Shown here: positions 46,701 to 53,993 of the stretch, one piece after another
Layout: every line of letters begins with the position of its first letter
How positions within the stretch are numbered: the first letter of the stretch is position 1
NCBI GenBank assembly: GCA_902778115.1
Contig: CACYWG010000003.1
Location: 9,891 to 73,890 of the forward strand
From: Oscillospiraceae bacterium
Lineage (GTDB): Bacteria; Bacillota; Clostridia; Oscillospirales; Oscillospiraceae
Reading direction: 5' to 3'
DNA length: 64,000 bases
Notes under the pieces: model-generated
The model's database searches: none
The model's input: the letters and a program-made list of their open reading frames with translations, nothing else
Told to the model about the DNA's origin: nothing
Program-made: the position numbers and the translations under genes

Positions 46701-49700
46701 CCGGGCGCATCGACGCCCTGCTCGCGCCGATGGATTTTGCGCCGCTTTATGATCCGGTGCGCGAGCTATTTTATATTTCTTATGACACGGCGAAGGGCTG
46801 CGGCGCGGGCGGCTGCTACGACCTGATGGCGAGCGAGGCCATGCTGACAAGCTACCTTGCCGTCGCCAAGGGCGACGTGCCGCTGCGGCACTGGCGGCGG
46901 CTCGGCCGCGGACAGCTGCAGAAGGACGGCTACCGGGGCCTGGCCAGCTGGGCGGGCACGATGTTCGAATACCTGATGCCGCTGCTGTTTTTGCCGGCGG
47001 AGCGGGGAAGCCTGCTGTATGAAAGCAGCCGCTTCTGCCTCTATGCGCAGCGGAGAGGCGTGCCGGTCGGGCAGCCCTGGGGCATTTCCGAGAGTGCCTA
47101 TTTCTCGCTCGACGGCAGCAAAAACTACCGCTATAAGGCGCACGGCTGCTCGGCGCTGGCGCTGCGGCGCGCCTCGGAGCGCGAGCTCGTCGTCGCGCCC
47201 TATGCGAGCTTTCTCGCGCTGGCCGTGTCGCCCCGGGCGGCGGTGCAGAACCTGCGCCGTCTGGAGCGGCGCGGCATGCTGGGCCGCTGGGGCTTCAAGG
47301 ACGCGCTCGACCTCACGCCGGGCCGCTGCCGCAGCTCATCGGGCGAGATCGTGGACTGCACGATGGTGCACCACGCGGGCATGAGCCTGCTGGCGGCGGC
47401 CAACGCTCTGTGCGATGACAGCATCCGCCGCCGCTTTTTCGCCGATCCTTCGATCAGCGGCCACGAGCTGCTGCTGCAGGAGCAGCCCGGCGACGGAGCG
47501 GTGCTGGTCCGCCGGAGGGAAGTCCCCGTCGGGCCGCCGGAGCTGCGCAGCGATGCCGGCCGTTGGCTCCGGCGCGGCGTGGCCGGAGAAAAGGGCATGT
47601 GCCTGCTCTCCAACGGCGCCTGGCACCTGCTGCTCGACGAGCGGGGCGGCAGCCGTGCCCTGGCCGAAGATCTGCTGCCCTACGACGGAGGGCTGCGCCT
47701 GAGCCTCGACGGCGAAGCGATCCTGCCCGGCCCGGCGGAATTCTGGACCTTTTTCGAGGACGGCGCCTCCTGGAGTCTGTGGAAGCCCACGCTGAGCCTG
47801 ACGGCGAGCGCCTTCGTCTCCGCCGAGGCCGCGGGCGAATGCCGTGTGCTGCAGATGAAATCCTCCTGTGAACGCAGCGTCCGCATCCGGCTGGATTTCC
47901 GGCCGGTGCTGGCCCGCAGCGCCGACTGGCTGAGCCACCCCTCGTTCTGGCGGCTCGGCCTGTGGAGCGAGGCGCGCGGCGGCGCGCTGCTGATCCGGCG
48001 CCTGCCGCGCGGAGAGCTCCCCGGCTGCTGGCTGTGTTTACGCGCGTCGGAGCCACTCACGCTCTCGGCGGACGAGAACGGCGGCCTCGGCTGGCTCTCC
48101 CGGCCGTACGTCACCGCTGAGACGGAGCTTTCCCTCTCCGCCGGAGAAAAGGCGGAGCTGCGCTTTGCTCTGTGTCTGGGCGCGAGCGCGGAGGCGGCGC
48201 TCTGCAGCGCAGAGCGCCTGCTGGAAAGCGGTGAGACGGAGCGAGGACGCATGATCGGCGGCGCCGCCACGCTGCTGGGTCTCAGCGCAGCCGAGATCGG
48301 CAAGGCGATGGAGCTGCTGCCGGCGCTGACGGGACCGCGGCTCCATGAGGCCGCGCCGCAGCGCGAGCTTTGGCCCTTCGGCCTCTCCGGCGATCTGCCG
48401 ATCCTCACCTGCCGCGCCGACGCGCGGGAGCGCGACGCGCTGCTGCGCCGCTTCCTGCTGCTGTGCTCGGCCGGGCTGGAGGCCGATCTGGTCTATTTCA
48501 GCGACGAGGACGGCGAGTACCGCCAGCCCTTCCGGCGCGGTGTGACGCGCGTCCTCTCCCGCCACGGTCTGGAGCCGCTGCTCGACGCGCGCGGCGGCGT
48601 GCACATCCTGCCGCTGCGCGCGGCCGAGACGGTCGAAAGCCGCGCCGCGCTCTGCTTCGGGCAGGAGCGGCCGCTGCCGCCGGAGATGCTGCTCCCGTCC
48701 CTGAGCGCGCCGCGCGTGCCCGGAACGGTGCCCGCCTTCCGCTGGGGCGAGCGGGATTTCCGCCTGGAAGCGGGCGGTCATCTGCCCGCGCGGCCCTGGC
48801 AGCTGCCGCTGACGAACGGGCGGCTGGGCTTTCTTGCCACAGACTGCGGCAGCGGCTTCCTGTGGCTGGAAAACGCCCGGGAAATGCCGCTGACACTGCC
48901 GCCCGCTCTGCCGGAAAACGTCTCCGGGGGCGAGGCGCTGTGGATCGAATGGGAGGGCCGCGCGGTGAGCCTCTTTGCCGCCAACGACGGCTTTGCCTGC
49001 ACGGTGAGCTTCACGCCGGGCCTTGCTGTCTGGGACAAGCGCATCGGGGACCGGCGCATCAAAACCAGCGCCTTCATCCCCCGCGACACGGACGTCCGGC
49101 TGCTGCTGATCGAAGGCGCGGAGGAGCTGGAAATCTTCTGGGCGCAGCGCCTGGCCAAGCCCGACAGCGTCCGCTGCCGCCGCGAGGGGCAGCTGCTGCG
49201 CGCCGAAAACCCGGACGCCTGGCTGCCGGAGCGGGTGTATCTGGCCGGGGCGAGCCGGCGCGCACAGATCGACTGCGACTTCGCGCCGGCGGCCTTCCGC
49301 CTGCGGCTGCACGCGGCGCATCTGACGATTCTCGGCTGCGGCTGCTGCGGTGAGGAAGAGCTGACAGAGCTGCTGAGGCCGGCCGCGGCCCTCGCCGCGC
49401 TCAGCCGTACGGTCTCTGATTGGGCAAAGCTCTGCGGGCGCGCGGCCATTCCGGCGGAAGATCCCGCGGCGGCGCATATTCTGGGCGGCTGGTGCGCGTA
49501 TCAGGTCATTGCCTGCCGCCTGCTCGGCCGCTGCAGCCTGTATCAGAGCGGGGGCGCCTACGGCTTCCGCGATCAGCTGCAGGACGCGGCCAATCTCCTG
49601 CCGCTCGACAGCGGATATCTTCGCGAGAGGCTCGTCGACGCCGCCCGCCATCAGTATGAGCAGGGCGACGTGATGCACTGGTGGCATCCGCACCCCGACG

Positions 49701-50659
49701 GCGACAAGGGCCTGCGCAGCCGCTGCTCGGACGACCTGCTGTGGCTGCCCTGGGCGCTGTGCGAGTGGTTTGACGCGACCGGGGACGCGGACTTCTGCCT
49801 GCGCGAGGAGCCTTTCCTTTCTTCGCCGCCGCTGACCGACGGCGAGCGCGACCGCTATGAGGCGCCGCCGCAGTCCGAGCGGCGTGCGCCGCTGTTCGAG
49901 CACGCGAGACTTGCGCTGGACTGCTGCATCTCCCGCGGCTTCGGGCGGCACGGGCTGCCGTGGATGGGCAGCGGCGACTGGAACGACGGCCTCGACCGCT
50001 GCGGCGGCGAGAGCGTATGGCTGGGCTTTTTCCTGGCGCATGTCGCCGCGCGCTTTGCCGCGCTGCTGGATTCGCTCGGACAGCCCGGCGCGGAGCGCTG
50101 GAAAAAGCTCGCCGCGAAGGTCGGCCGCGCATCCGACGCCGCCTTCGCCGGGGGACACTTTCTGCGCGGATACCGGCCGGACGGACAGCCGCTCGGCGGC
50201 GAGGACCGCATCGACGCGACCGTGCAGAGCTGGGCCGTGCTTTCCGGCTTCGGAAGCTCCGAAAAATGCGCCTGCGCGCTCGCACAGGCGGCCGAACGCC
50301 TCGTTGACCGGGAGCACGGCCTCGTCAGGCTTTTCGACCCGCCCTACGGTCCGGACGAGGAGAGCCCCGGCTATATCACGAGCTACGGCGAGGGCTTCCG
50401 GGAAAACGGCGGGCAGTATACCCACGGGGCGGTCTGGCTTGCGATGGCTCTGCACCGCAGCGGCCGCAGCGCCGAGGCGCGGGAGATCCTGCGCCTGCTG
50501 CTGCCGGAGGGGCACGACCTGACGCGCTACGGCGCCGAGCCCTTCGCCCTGCCGGCGGACGTGTACGCCGCGCCCGGCCGCGAGGGCGAGGCGGGCTGGA
50601 CCTGGTACACGGGCTCGGCCGGCTGGTATCTGCGCGCGGCGCGCGAGATAGCATTGTAA
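43799..50659 (+). CDS. Cyclic beta-1,2-glucan synthase-like multidomain enzyme (GT84 glycosyltransferase + TM block + alpha/alpha-barrel domain + GH94 phosphorylase domain)
   Basis: Track ORF trimmed to the ATG at 43799, with GAGGTG upstream; 2,286 codons. Motifs in order are EWLLDNWYL, LDSDT (45221-45235), HRWVRGDWQ (45665-45691) and a hydrophobic block at ~45730-46290. Then come FLPPDN..HRTSPTNMG (46418-46444), HFYNWYDT (46562-46585) and STVDSGN. The C-terminal region carries FRDQLQD (49565-49585), HWWHP, GSGDWNDGLD (DWND at 49976-49987) and GGQYTHGAVW. Confidence 0.8.
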   Translation: MDQFFSGLYIEEEKLAAFAANSAKLLEAEGEGSATAAAGELRRHLDAVRRCRDAIASRYAEAESIPSACEWLLDNWYLAQREAAAAYADLRRARRQRRGRQGLLMLSVCRTLLSSGQGWLDAGRCTAFLRGFQTVTPLRRRELLLFPAAMRAAILEAMAAVCAALPFAADSTPQREAFEALFSSLRWLAGADTEELLRSVDLSDAAFCEDPGNVYARMDRESRRSYLERLETLARAEGAEEHLLARRLVRKAQEEGRHLGFFLFDEPADAGSGIYIAAVVLTSLFLSLLLAFAAGSVWAAPLLLLPVSELVKGLVDLVLLRLIPPRRLPRMDLTEGVPPEGKTLCVLSALLTDAQSAEKLCRRLEEFRLAHRKAGQNLQYGILADLPAADTQETETDAGLLRAAREDISALNRRYGGGFYLFTRPRSFDGERWSGEERKRGALLELARLMTDEASALSVTGERDALAGTRYILTLDSDTRMQPGAALSLIGAMLHPMNRAHIDPEKRVVTAGYGLIHPRLTTELNSANATDFALIFAGPGGSDPYGGLCGELYMDAFDCGGFAGKGILDVHALLTCTAERIPPHTVLSHDALEGAFLRGGFLGDACFSDGFPSRPLSYYKRLHRWVRGDWQNSPWLFHRGRELRPIDRWRLFDSLRRSLLAPMTLLAILAGFFLRFYGLRLSAWAALLALLGALISSLIESARRPSPAPRLRRYARLLTGVGGAIVQSLMRLWLLPWEAWVCLSAAVTALWRMLVSHQKMLEWETAAQAEQNKGGLAATLRAMAVPAALGLVCLLASPSVIGRSAGLLWLLSPAALAALGLPAFRAESLSRADRDWLSSCAADTWRYFSEFCTEEEHFLPPDNVQHQPPKGPAHRTSPTNMGLAAAAAVSACDIGIISADEALAFLARLIGGMERLPRCRGHFYNWYDTRSLQSLHPPFLSTVDSGNCWAGLRVAEAFAREQGNEALAGRIDALLAPMDFAPLYDPVRELFYISYDTAKGCGAGGCYDLMASEAMLTSYLAVAKGDVPLRHWRRLGRGQLQKDGYRGLASWAGTMFEYLMPLLFLPAERGSLLYESSRFCLYAQRRGVPVGQPWGISESAYFSLDGSKNYRYKAHGCSALALRRASERELVVAPYASFLALAVSPRAAVQNLRRLERRGMLGRWGFKDALDLTPGRCRSSSGEIVDCTMVHHAGMSLLAAANALCDDSIRRRFFADPSISGHELLLQEQPGDGAVLVRRREVPVGPPELRSDAGRWLRRGVAGEKGMCLLSNGAWHLLLDERGGSRALAEDLLPYDGGLRLSLDGEAILPGPAEFWTFFEDGASWSLWKPTLSLTASAFVSAEAAGECRVLQMKSSCERSVRIRLDFRPVLARSADWLSHPSFWRLGLWSEARGGALLIRRLPRGELPGCWLCLRASEPLTLSADENGGLGWLSRPYVTAETELSLSAGEKAELRFALCLGASAEAALCSAERLLESGETERGRMIGGAATLLGLSAAEIGKAMELLPALTGPRLHEAAPQRELWPFGLSGDLPILTCRADARERDALLRRFLLLCSAGLEADLVYFSDEDGEYRQPFRRGVTRVLSRHGLEPLLDARGGVHILPLRAAETVESRAALCFGQERPLPPEMLLPSLSAPRVPGTVPAFRWGERDFRLEAGGHLPARPWQLPLTNGRLGFLATDCGSGFLWLENAREMPLTLPPALPENVSGGEALWIEWEGRAVSLFAANDGFACTVSFTPGLAVWDKRIGDRRIKTSAFIPRDTDVRLLLIEGAEELEIFWAQRLAKPDSVRCRREGQLLRAENPDAWLPERVYLAGASRRAQIDCDFAPAAFRLRLHAAHLTILGCGCCGEEELTELLRPAAALAALSRTVSDWAKLCGRAAIPAEDPAAAHILGGWCAYQVIACRLLGRCSLYQSGGAYGFRDQLQDAANLLPLDSGYLRERLVDAARHQYEQGDVMHWWHPHPDGDKGLRSRCSDDLLWLPWALCEWFDATGDADFCLREEPFLSSPPLTDGERDRYEAPPQSERRAPLFEHARLALDCCISRGFGRHGLPWMGSGDWNDGLDRCGGESVWLGFFLAHVAARFAALLDSLGQPGAERWKKLAAKVGRASDAAFAGGHFLRGYRPDGQPLGGEDRIDATVQSWAVLSGFGSSEKCACALAQAAERLVDREHGLVRLFDPPYGPDEESPGYITSYGEGFRENGGQYTHGAVWLAMALHRSGRSAEAREILRLLLPEGHDLTRYGAEPFALPADVYAAPGREGEAGWTWYTGSAGWYLRAAREIAL

Positions 50660-50669
50660 ACTCTTGTCA

Positions 50670-50711
50670 AAGGTCGGAAAACGCACGGATACTCTTGCGT
50701 TTTCCGACCTT
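50670..50711 (+). terminator. Intrinsic terminator of the glucan-synthase-like gene
   Basis: AAGGTCGGAAAACGCA-N10-TGCGTTTTCCGACCTT (16-bp stem), followed by TTCCGTT. Confidence 0.7.
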
Positions 50712-50723
50712 TTCCGTTACAAT
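50695..50723 (+). promoter_or_regulatory. Candidate promoter of the Fe-S flavoprotein/hypA operon (overlaps the preceding terminator)
   Basis: TTGCGT (50695-50700), a 17-nt spacer, then TACAAT (50718-50723). Confidence 0.4.
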
Positions 50724-50772
50724 GGTAAATTGTAGGATTGCGGGATGAACATCCCCGCGCCATTACGGAAAT

Positions 50773-53469
50773 ATGGAGAGTGAGACAATGGCTGAACTGA
50801 GACCGAAAATCGTAAAACTCTGCAAAGTGGTCGGCGGCCTCACGGGCATGGTCAATAAGATTGACGAGAACGCCCCTGAGTACTATTCGCTGGCCAGCAT
50901 CCTGACCGACGACGAAGCCGACGTCGCCATCGCGGCCGGCCTGCGCAAGGAGCGCACGGTGGAATATCTGGCCAAGAAGGTCGGCAAATCCGAAGAAGAA
51001 ACGGAAAAGCTCTGCAAGCATCTGGCCTGGATCGGCGTCTTCCGCGGCACGACCGACCGCACCGACGGCAAGGACCGCTACTACATGCAGATCTTCGCCC
51101 CCGGCATCATGGAGATGCTGGTCAACAACCAGGAGCTGCTGAAGACCCATCCCGAGGTCGGCCGCGCCTTTGAGGAGTACACCCGCATCCGCATGCAGAA
51201 CATGACCCCGATCCTGCCCAACGGCTACGGTCTGATGCGCGTGGTGCCCGTGGAAAGCGCCCTCAAGGACATCCCCGACGTGGAAAAGTACGACCGCCTG
51301 TCCTATTACCTCGACAAGTACGACACCTTCTCCGTCTCCCCCTGCTCCTGCCGTGCCTCCCGCACCTCTCTGGGCGACGGCTGCGGCCACCTGGATGAGG
51401 AAATGTGCGTGCAGATGGGCAAGGGCGCCGAGCACTACATCAAGACCGGCCGCGCCCGCCGGATCACCCGTGAGGAAGCGCTCGAGATCATCAAGCGCGC
51501 CGAGGACAACGGCCTGATGCACGACATGCCCAACATCGAGGAGCTCGGCGAGAGCTCCGCCATCTGCAACTGCTGCTCCTGCGCCTGCTTCGGCCTGCGC
51601 GTGGGCTTGATGTTCGGCGCGCGCGACGTCATCCGCTCCAACTATGTGGCCCAGGTCGACGAGGCCAAGTGCGTGGCCTGCGGCCAGTGCGTGGAAAACT
51701 GCCCGGCCAACGCCCTCAAGCTCGGCCAGAAGCTCTGCACCCAGAAGCCGCTGCCCGAGAGCAGCTACACCAAGCTCAGCGAGACCTTTATCGGCAAGCA
51801 CGCCTGGAACGTCGATTACCGCGAGAACCACGAGGACGTCGTCGAGACCGGCACCGCCCCCTGCAAGACCGCCTGCCCCGCGCACATTGCCGTCCAGGGC
51901 TATCTGAAGCTGGCCGCCCAGGGCCGCTACACCGAGGCGCTCAAGCTCATCAAGAAGGAAAATCCCCTGCCCGCCGTCTGCGGCCGCATCTGCAACAAGC
52001 GCTGCGAAGCTGAGTGCACCCGCGGCGGTGTGGACGAGGCCGTGGCCATCGACGAGGTCAAGCGCTTCATCGCCGACCATGACCTGCACGAGGAGACCCG
52101 CTATGTGCCGCCTCTGCTCAACCAGATCGGCCGTCCCTATCCGCAGAAGATCGCCGTCATCGGCGCCGGCCCCGCGGGCATCAGCTGCGCCTACTACCTG
52201 GCCGAAAAGGGCTACCCCGTCACCGTGTTCGACCGCAACCCGGTCCCCGGCGGCATGCTGACCCTCGGCATCCCCAACTTCCGCCTCGAAAAGGACGTGC
52301 TCAACGCCGAGATCGACATCCTCAGGGAGATGGGCGTGGAGTTCAAGTGCGGCGTGGAGGTCGGCAAGGACGTCACCATCGCCGAGCTGCGCGAGCAGGG
52401 CTACAAGGGCTTCTATCTCGCCATCGGCGCCCAGAAGAGCGCCAAGCTCCGCCTGCCCGGCGAAGAGCTCGAGGGCGTGTTCGGGGGCGTTGACTTCCTG
52501 CGCGAAGTGAACCTCGGCAATAAGCCCGCCATCGGCAAGAAGTGCGCCGTCATCGGCGGCGGCAACGTCGCCATGGACGTCTGCCGCACGGCCGTCCGCC
52601 TCGGCGCCGAGGAGACCTACATCATCTACCGCCGCACCCAGGCCGAGATGCCCGCCGACAAGGACGAGGCCGCCGAGGCCATGGACGAGGGCGTGCAGTT
52701 CCGCTTCCTCAACGCGCCCACCGAGATCATCGGCGAAAACGGCAAGGTCAAGGCCCTGATGGTCGAGATCATGGAGCTGGGCGAGCCCGACGAGAAGGGC
52801 CGCCGCAAGCCCGTCGGCACCGGCAAGTTCGAGCGCATCGAGGTCGATTCCGTCATCGGCGCCATCGGCCAGACCGTGGACTGGGGCAAGCTGGACGTGG
52901 GCGAGCTGAAGACCGACAAGAAGGGTCTCGCCATCGCCGACAGCCTGACCTACCAGACCGCGCAGCCCGACATCTTTGTGGGCGGCGACGTGTACACCGG
53001 CCCCAAGTTTGCCATCGACGCCATCGCCGCCGGCAAGGAGGCCGCCATCTCCCTGCACCGCTATGTCCACGAAGGCCAGACCCTCACCAAGGGCCGCGAC
53101 CGCCGCGAGTACCGCGCACTGGACAAGGACAACATCATCCTCCCCGTCGAAGGCTTTGACGGCGGCCACCGCCAGGCGCCCGGCTACAACAAGGAAAAGG
53201 CCAAGACCTTCGCCGATGCCCGCGTGACCTTCACCGAGGAACAGGTGAAGAAGGAATGTGCCCGCTGCCTCGGCTGCGGCGCCACGAAGGTGGACGAGTA
53301 CATGTGCATCGGCTGCGGCCTGTGCACCACCAAGTGCGCCTTTGACGCCATCCACCTCAAGCATGTGCGCAACTGGCAGGCCGGCGCCTTCGAGACCATG
53401 CCCATCAAGGTGGCCGAGCAGGTGGTCAAGAAAACCGTCAAGATCATCGGCAAGGCCGTCAAGGGTTAA
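50773..53469 (+). CDS. Multidomain Fe-S flavoprotein oxidoreductase: N-terminal Cys-rich domain + GltD-like NAD(P)H/FAD module + C-terminal 2x[4Fe-4S] ferredoxin domain
   Basis: 898 aa; the alternative start ATG at 50788 has the better GGAGAG spacing. Cys clusters include SPCSCRASR..CGH, CNCCSCAC, CVACGQCVENCP and CKTACPAH..CGRICNKRCEAEC. IAVIGAGPAGISCAYYL and CAVIGGGNVAMD are the Rossmann motifs. C-terminal CLGCG...CIGCGLCTTKC is present. The exact family is not assigned. Confidence 0.75.
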   Translation: MESETMAELRPKIVKLCKVVGGLTGMVNKIDENAPEYYSLASILTDDEADVAIAAGLRKERTVEYLAKKVGKSEEETEKLCKHLAWIGVFRGTTDRTDGKDRYYMQIFAPGIMEMLVNNQELLKTHPEVGRAFEEYTRIRMQNMTPILPNGYGLMRVVPVESALKDIPDVEKYDRLSYYLDKYDTFSVSPCSCRASRTSLGDGCGHLDEEMCVQMGKGAEHYIKTGRARRITREEALEIIKRAEDNGLMHDMPNIEELGESSAICNCCSCACFGLRVGLMFGARDVIRSNYVAQVDEAKCVACGQCVENCPANALKLGQKLCTQKPLPESSYTKLSETFIGKHAWNVDYRENHEDVVETGTAPCKTACPAHIAVQGYLKLAAQGRYTEALKLIKKENPLPAVCGRICNKRCEAECTRGGVDEAVAIDEVKRFIADHDLHEETRYVPPLLNQIGRPYPQKIAVIGAGPAGISCAYYLAEKGYPVTVFDRNPVPGGMLTLGIPNFRLEKDVLNAEIDILREMGVEFKCGVEVGKDVTIAELREQGYKGFYLAIGAQKSAKLRLPGEELEGVFGGVDFLREVNLGNKPAIGKKCAVIGGGNVAMDVCRTAVRLGAEETYIIYRRTQAEMPADKDEAAEAMDEGVQFRFLNAPTEIIGENGKVKALMVEIMELGEPDEKGRRKPVGTGKFERIEVDSVIGAIGQTVDWGKLDVGELKTDKKGLAIADSLTYQTAQPDIFVGGDVYTGPKFAIDAIAAGKEAAISLHRYVHEGQTLTKGRDRREYRALDKDNIILPVEGFDGGHRQAPGYNKEKAKTFADARVTFTEEQVKKECARCLGCGATKVDEYMCIGCGLCTTKCAFDAIHLKHVRNWQAGAFETMPIKVAEQVVKKTVKIIGKAVKG

Positions 53470-53472
53470 GGC

Positions 53473-53814
53473 ATGCACGAGCTTGGTCTGACCGACGCGC
53501 TGCTGCGCATGGTGCGGGACATCGCCAAAAAGGAAGAGCTGGAGCACGTGGAATCCATCACGCTGGAGATCGGCGAGCTGTCCGGCGTCGTGCCGCACTA
53601 TATGGCCGACTGCTGGCAGGCCGTCATCGACGGCACCGAGTACGCCGACACCGAGCTCATCATCGAGACCGTGCCCGGCATCGCCAGCTGCATGGACTGC
53701 GACGAGGAGTTCCGCATCGACCTGAACAGCATGCGCTGCCCCTTCTGCGGCAGCCACAACCTGACGCCCGTCTCCGGCCGGGATATGACGGTCAAGGAGA
53801 TCGCGGCCTGGTAG
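53473..53814 (+). CDS. hypA: HypA-like nickel/zinc metallochaperone
   Basis: 113 aa. It has the N-terminal MHE motif (MHELGLT) and the Zn site CMDC-X12-CPFC. It starts 4 nt after the oxidoreductase stop. Confidence 0.8.
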   Translation: MHELGLTDALLRMVRDIAKKEELEHVESITLEIGELSGVVPHYMADCWQAVIDGTEYADTELIIETVPGIASCMDCDEEFRIDLNSMRCPFCGSHNLTPVSGRDMTVKEIAAW

Positions 53815-53820
53815 AAAACC

Positions 53821-53860
53821 AATTCGGAATTCGGAGTTCGGAATTCGGAATTCGGAATTG
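53821..53860 (+). repeat. Largest heptamer array: AATTCGG AATTCGG AGTTCGG AATTCGG AATTCGG AATTG
   Basis: 5.7 tandem 7-nt units immediately after the hypA stop and before its terminator. Each AATTCGG unit boundary creates a GAATTC site. Confidence 0.9.
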
Positions 53861-53870
53861 TAAAAAGAGA

Positions 53871-53906
53871 AGCAGCGAATGTGCTACGGCGCGTTCGCTG
53901 CTTTTT
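53871..53906 (+). terminator. Intrinsic terminator after hypA
   Basis: AGCAGCGAA-N14-TTCGCTGCT, followed by TTTTCC. Confidence 0.65.
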
Positions 53907-53993
53907 CCGCTTCCGGGAAAACTAAGCCTACCAAAAGTGGACAGAATATGATATAATAATATATTAGAATAAAACAATCCGGGAGGTGCTTTT

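Noticed and set aside
50527-53757. 1,076-aa - strand ORF, plus 48038..50686 (882 aa), 44309..45565, 45587..46606 and other long antisense ORFs
   Set aside because: All lie opposite strongly conserved genes (the Fe-S flavoprotein and the glucan-synthase-like gene). They have repetitive A/G/R/L/V composition and lack RBS or motifs. They are an artefact of stop-codon scarcity in GC-rich DNA.
53821-53860. Heptamer arrays considered as a CRISPR array
   Set aside because: The units are 7 nt with no spacers, against 24-48-nt repeats separated by unique spacers in CRISPR. No cas genes or leader are present.
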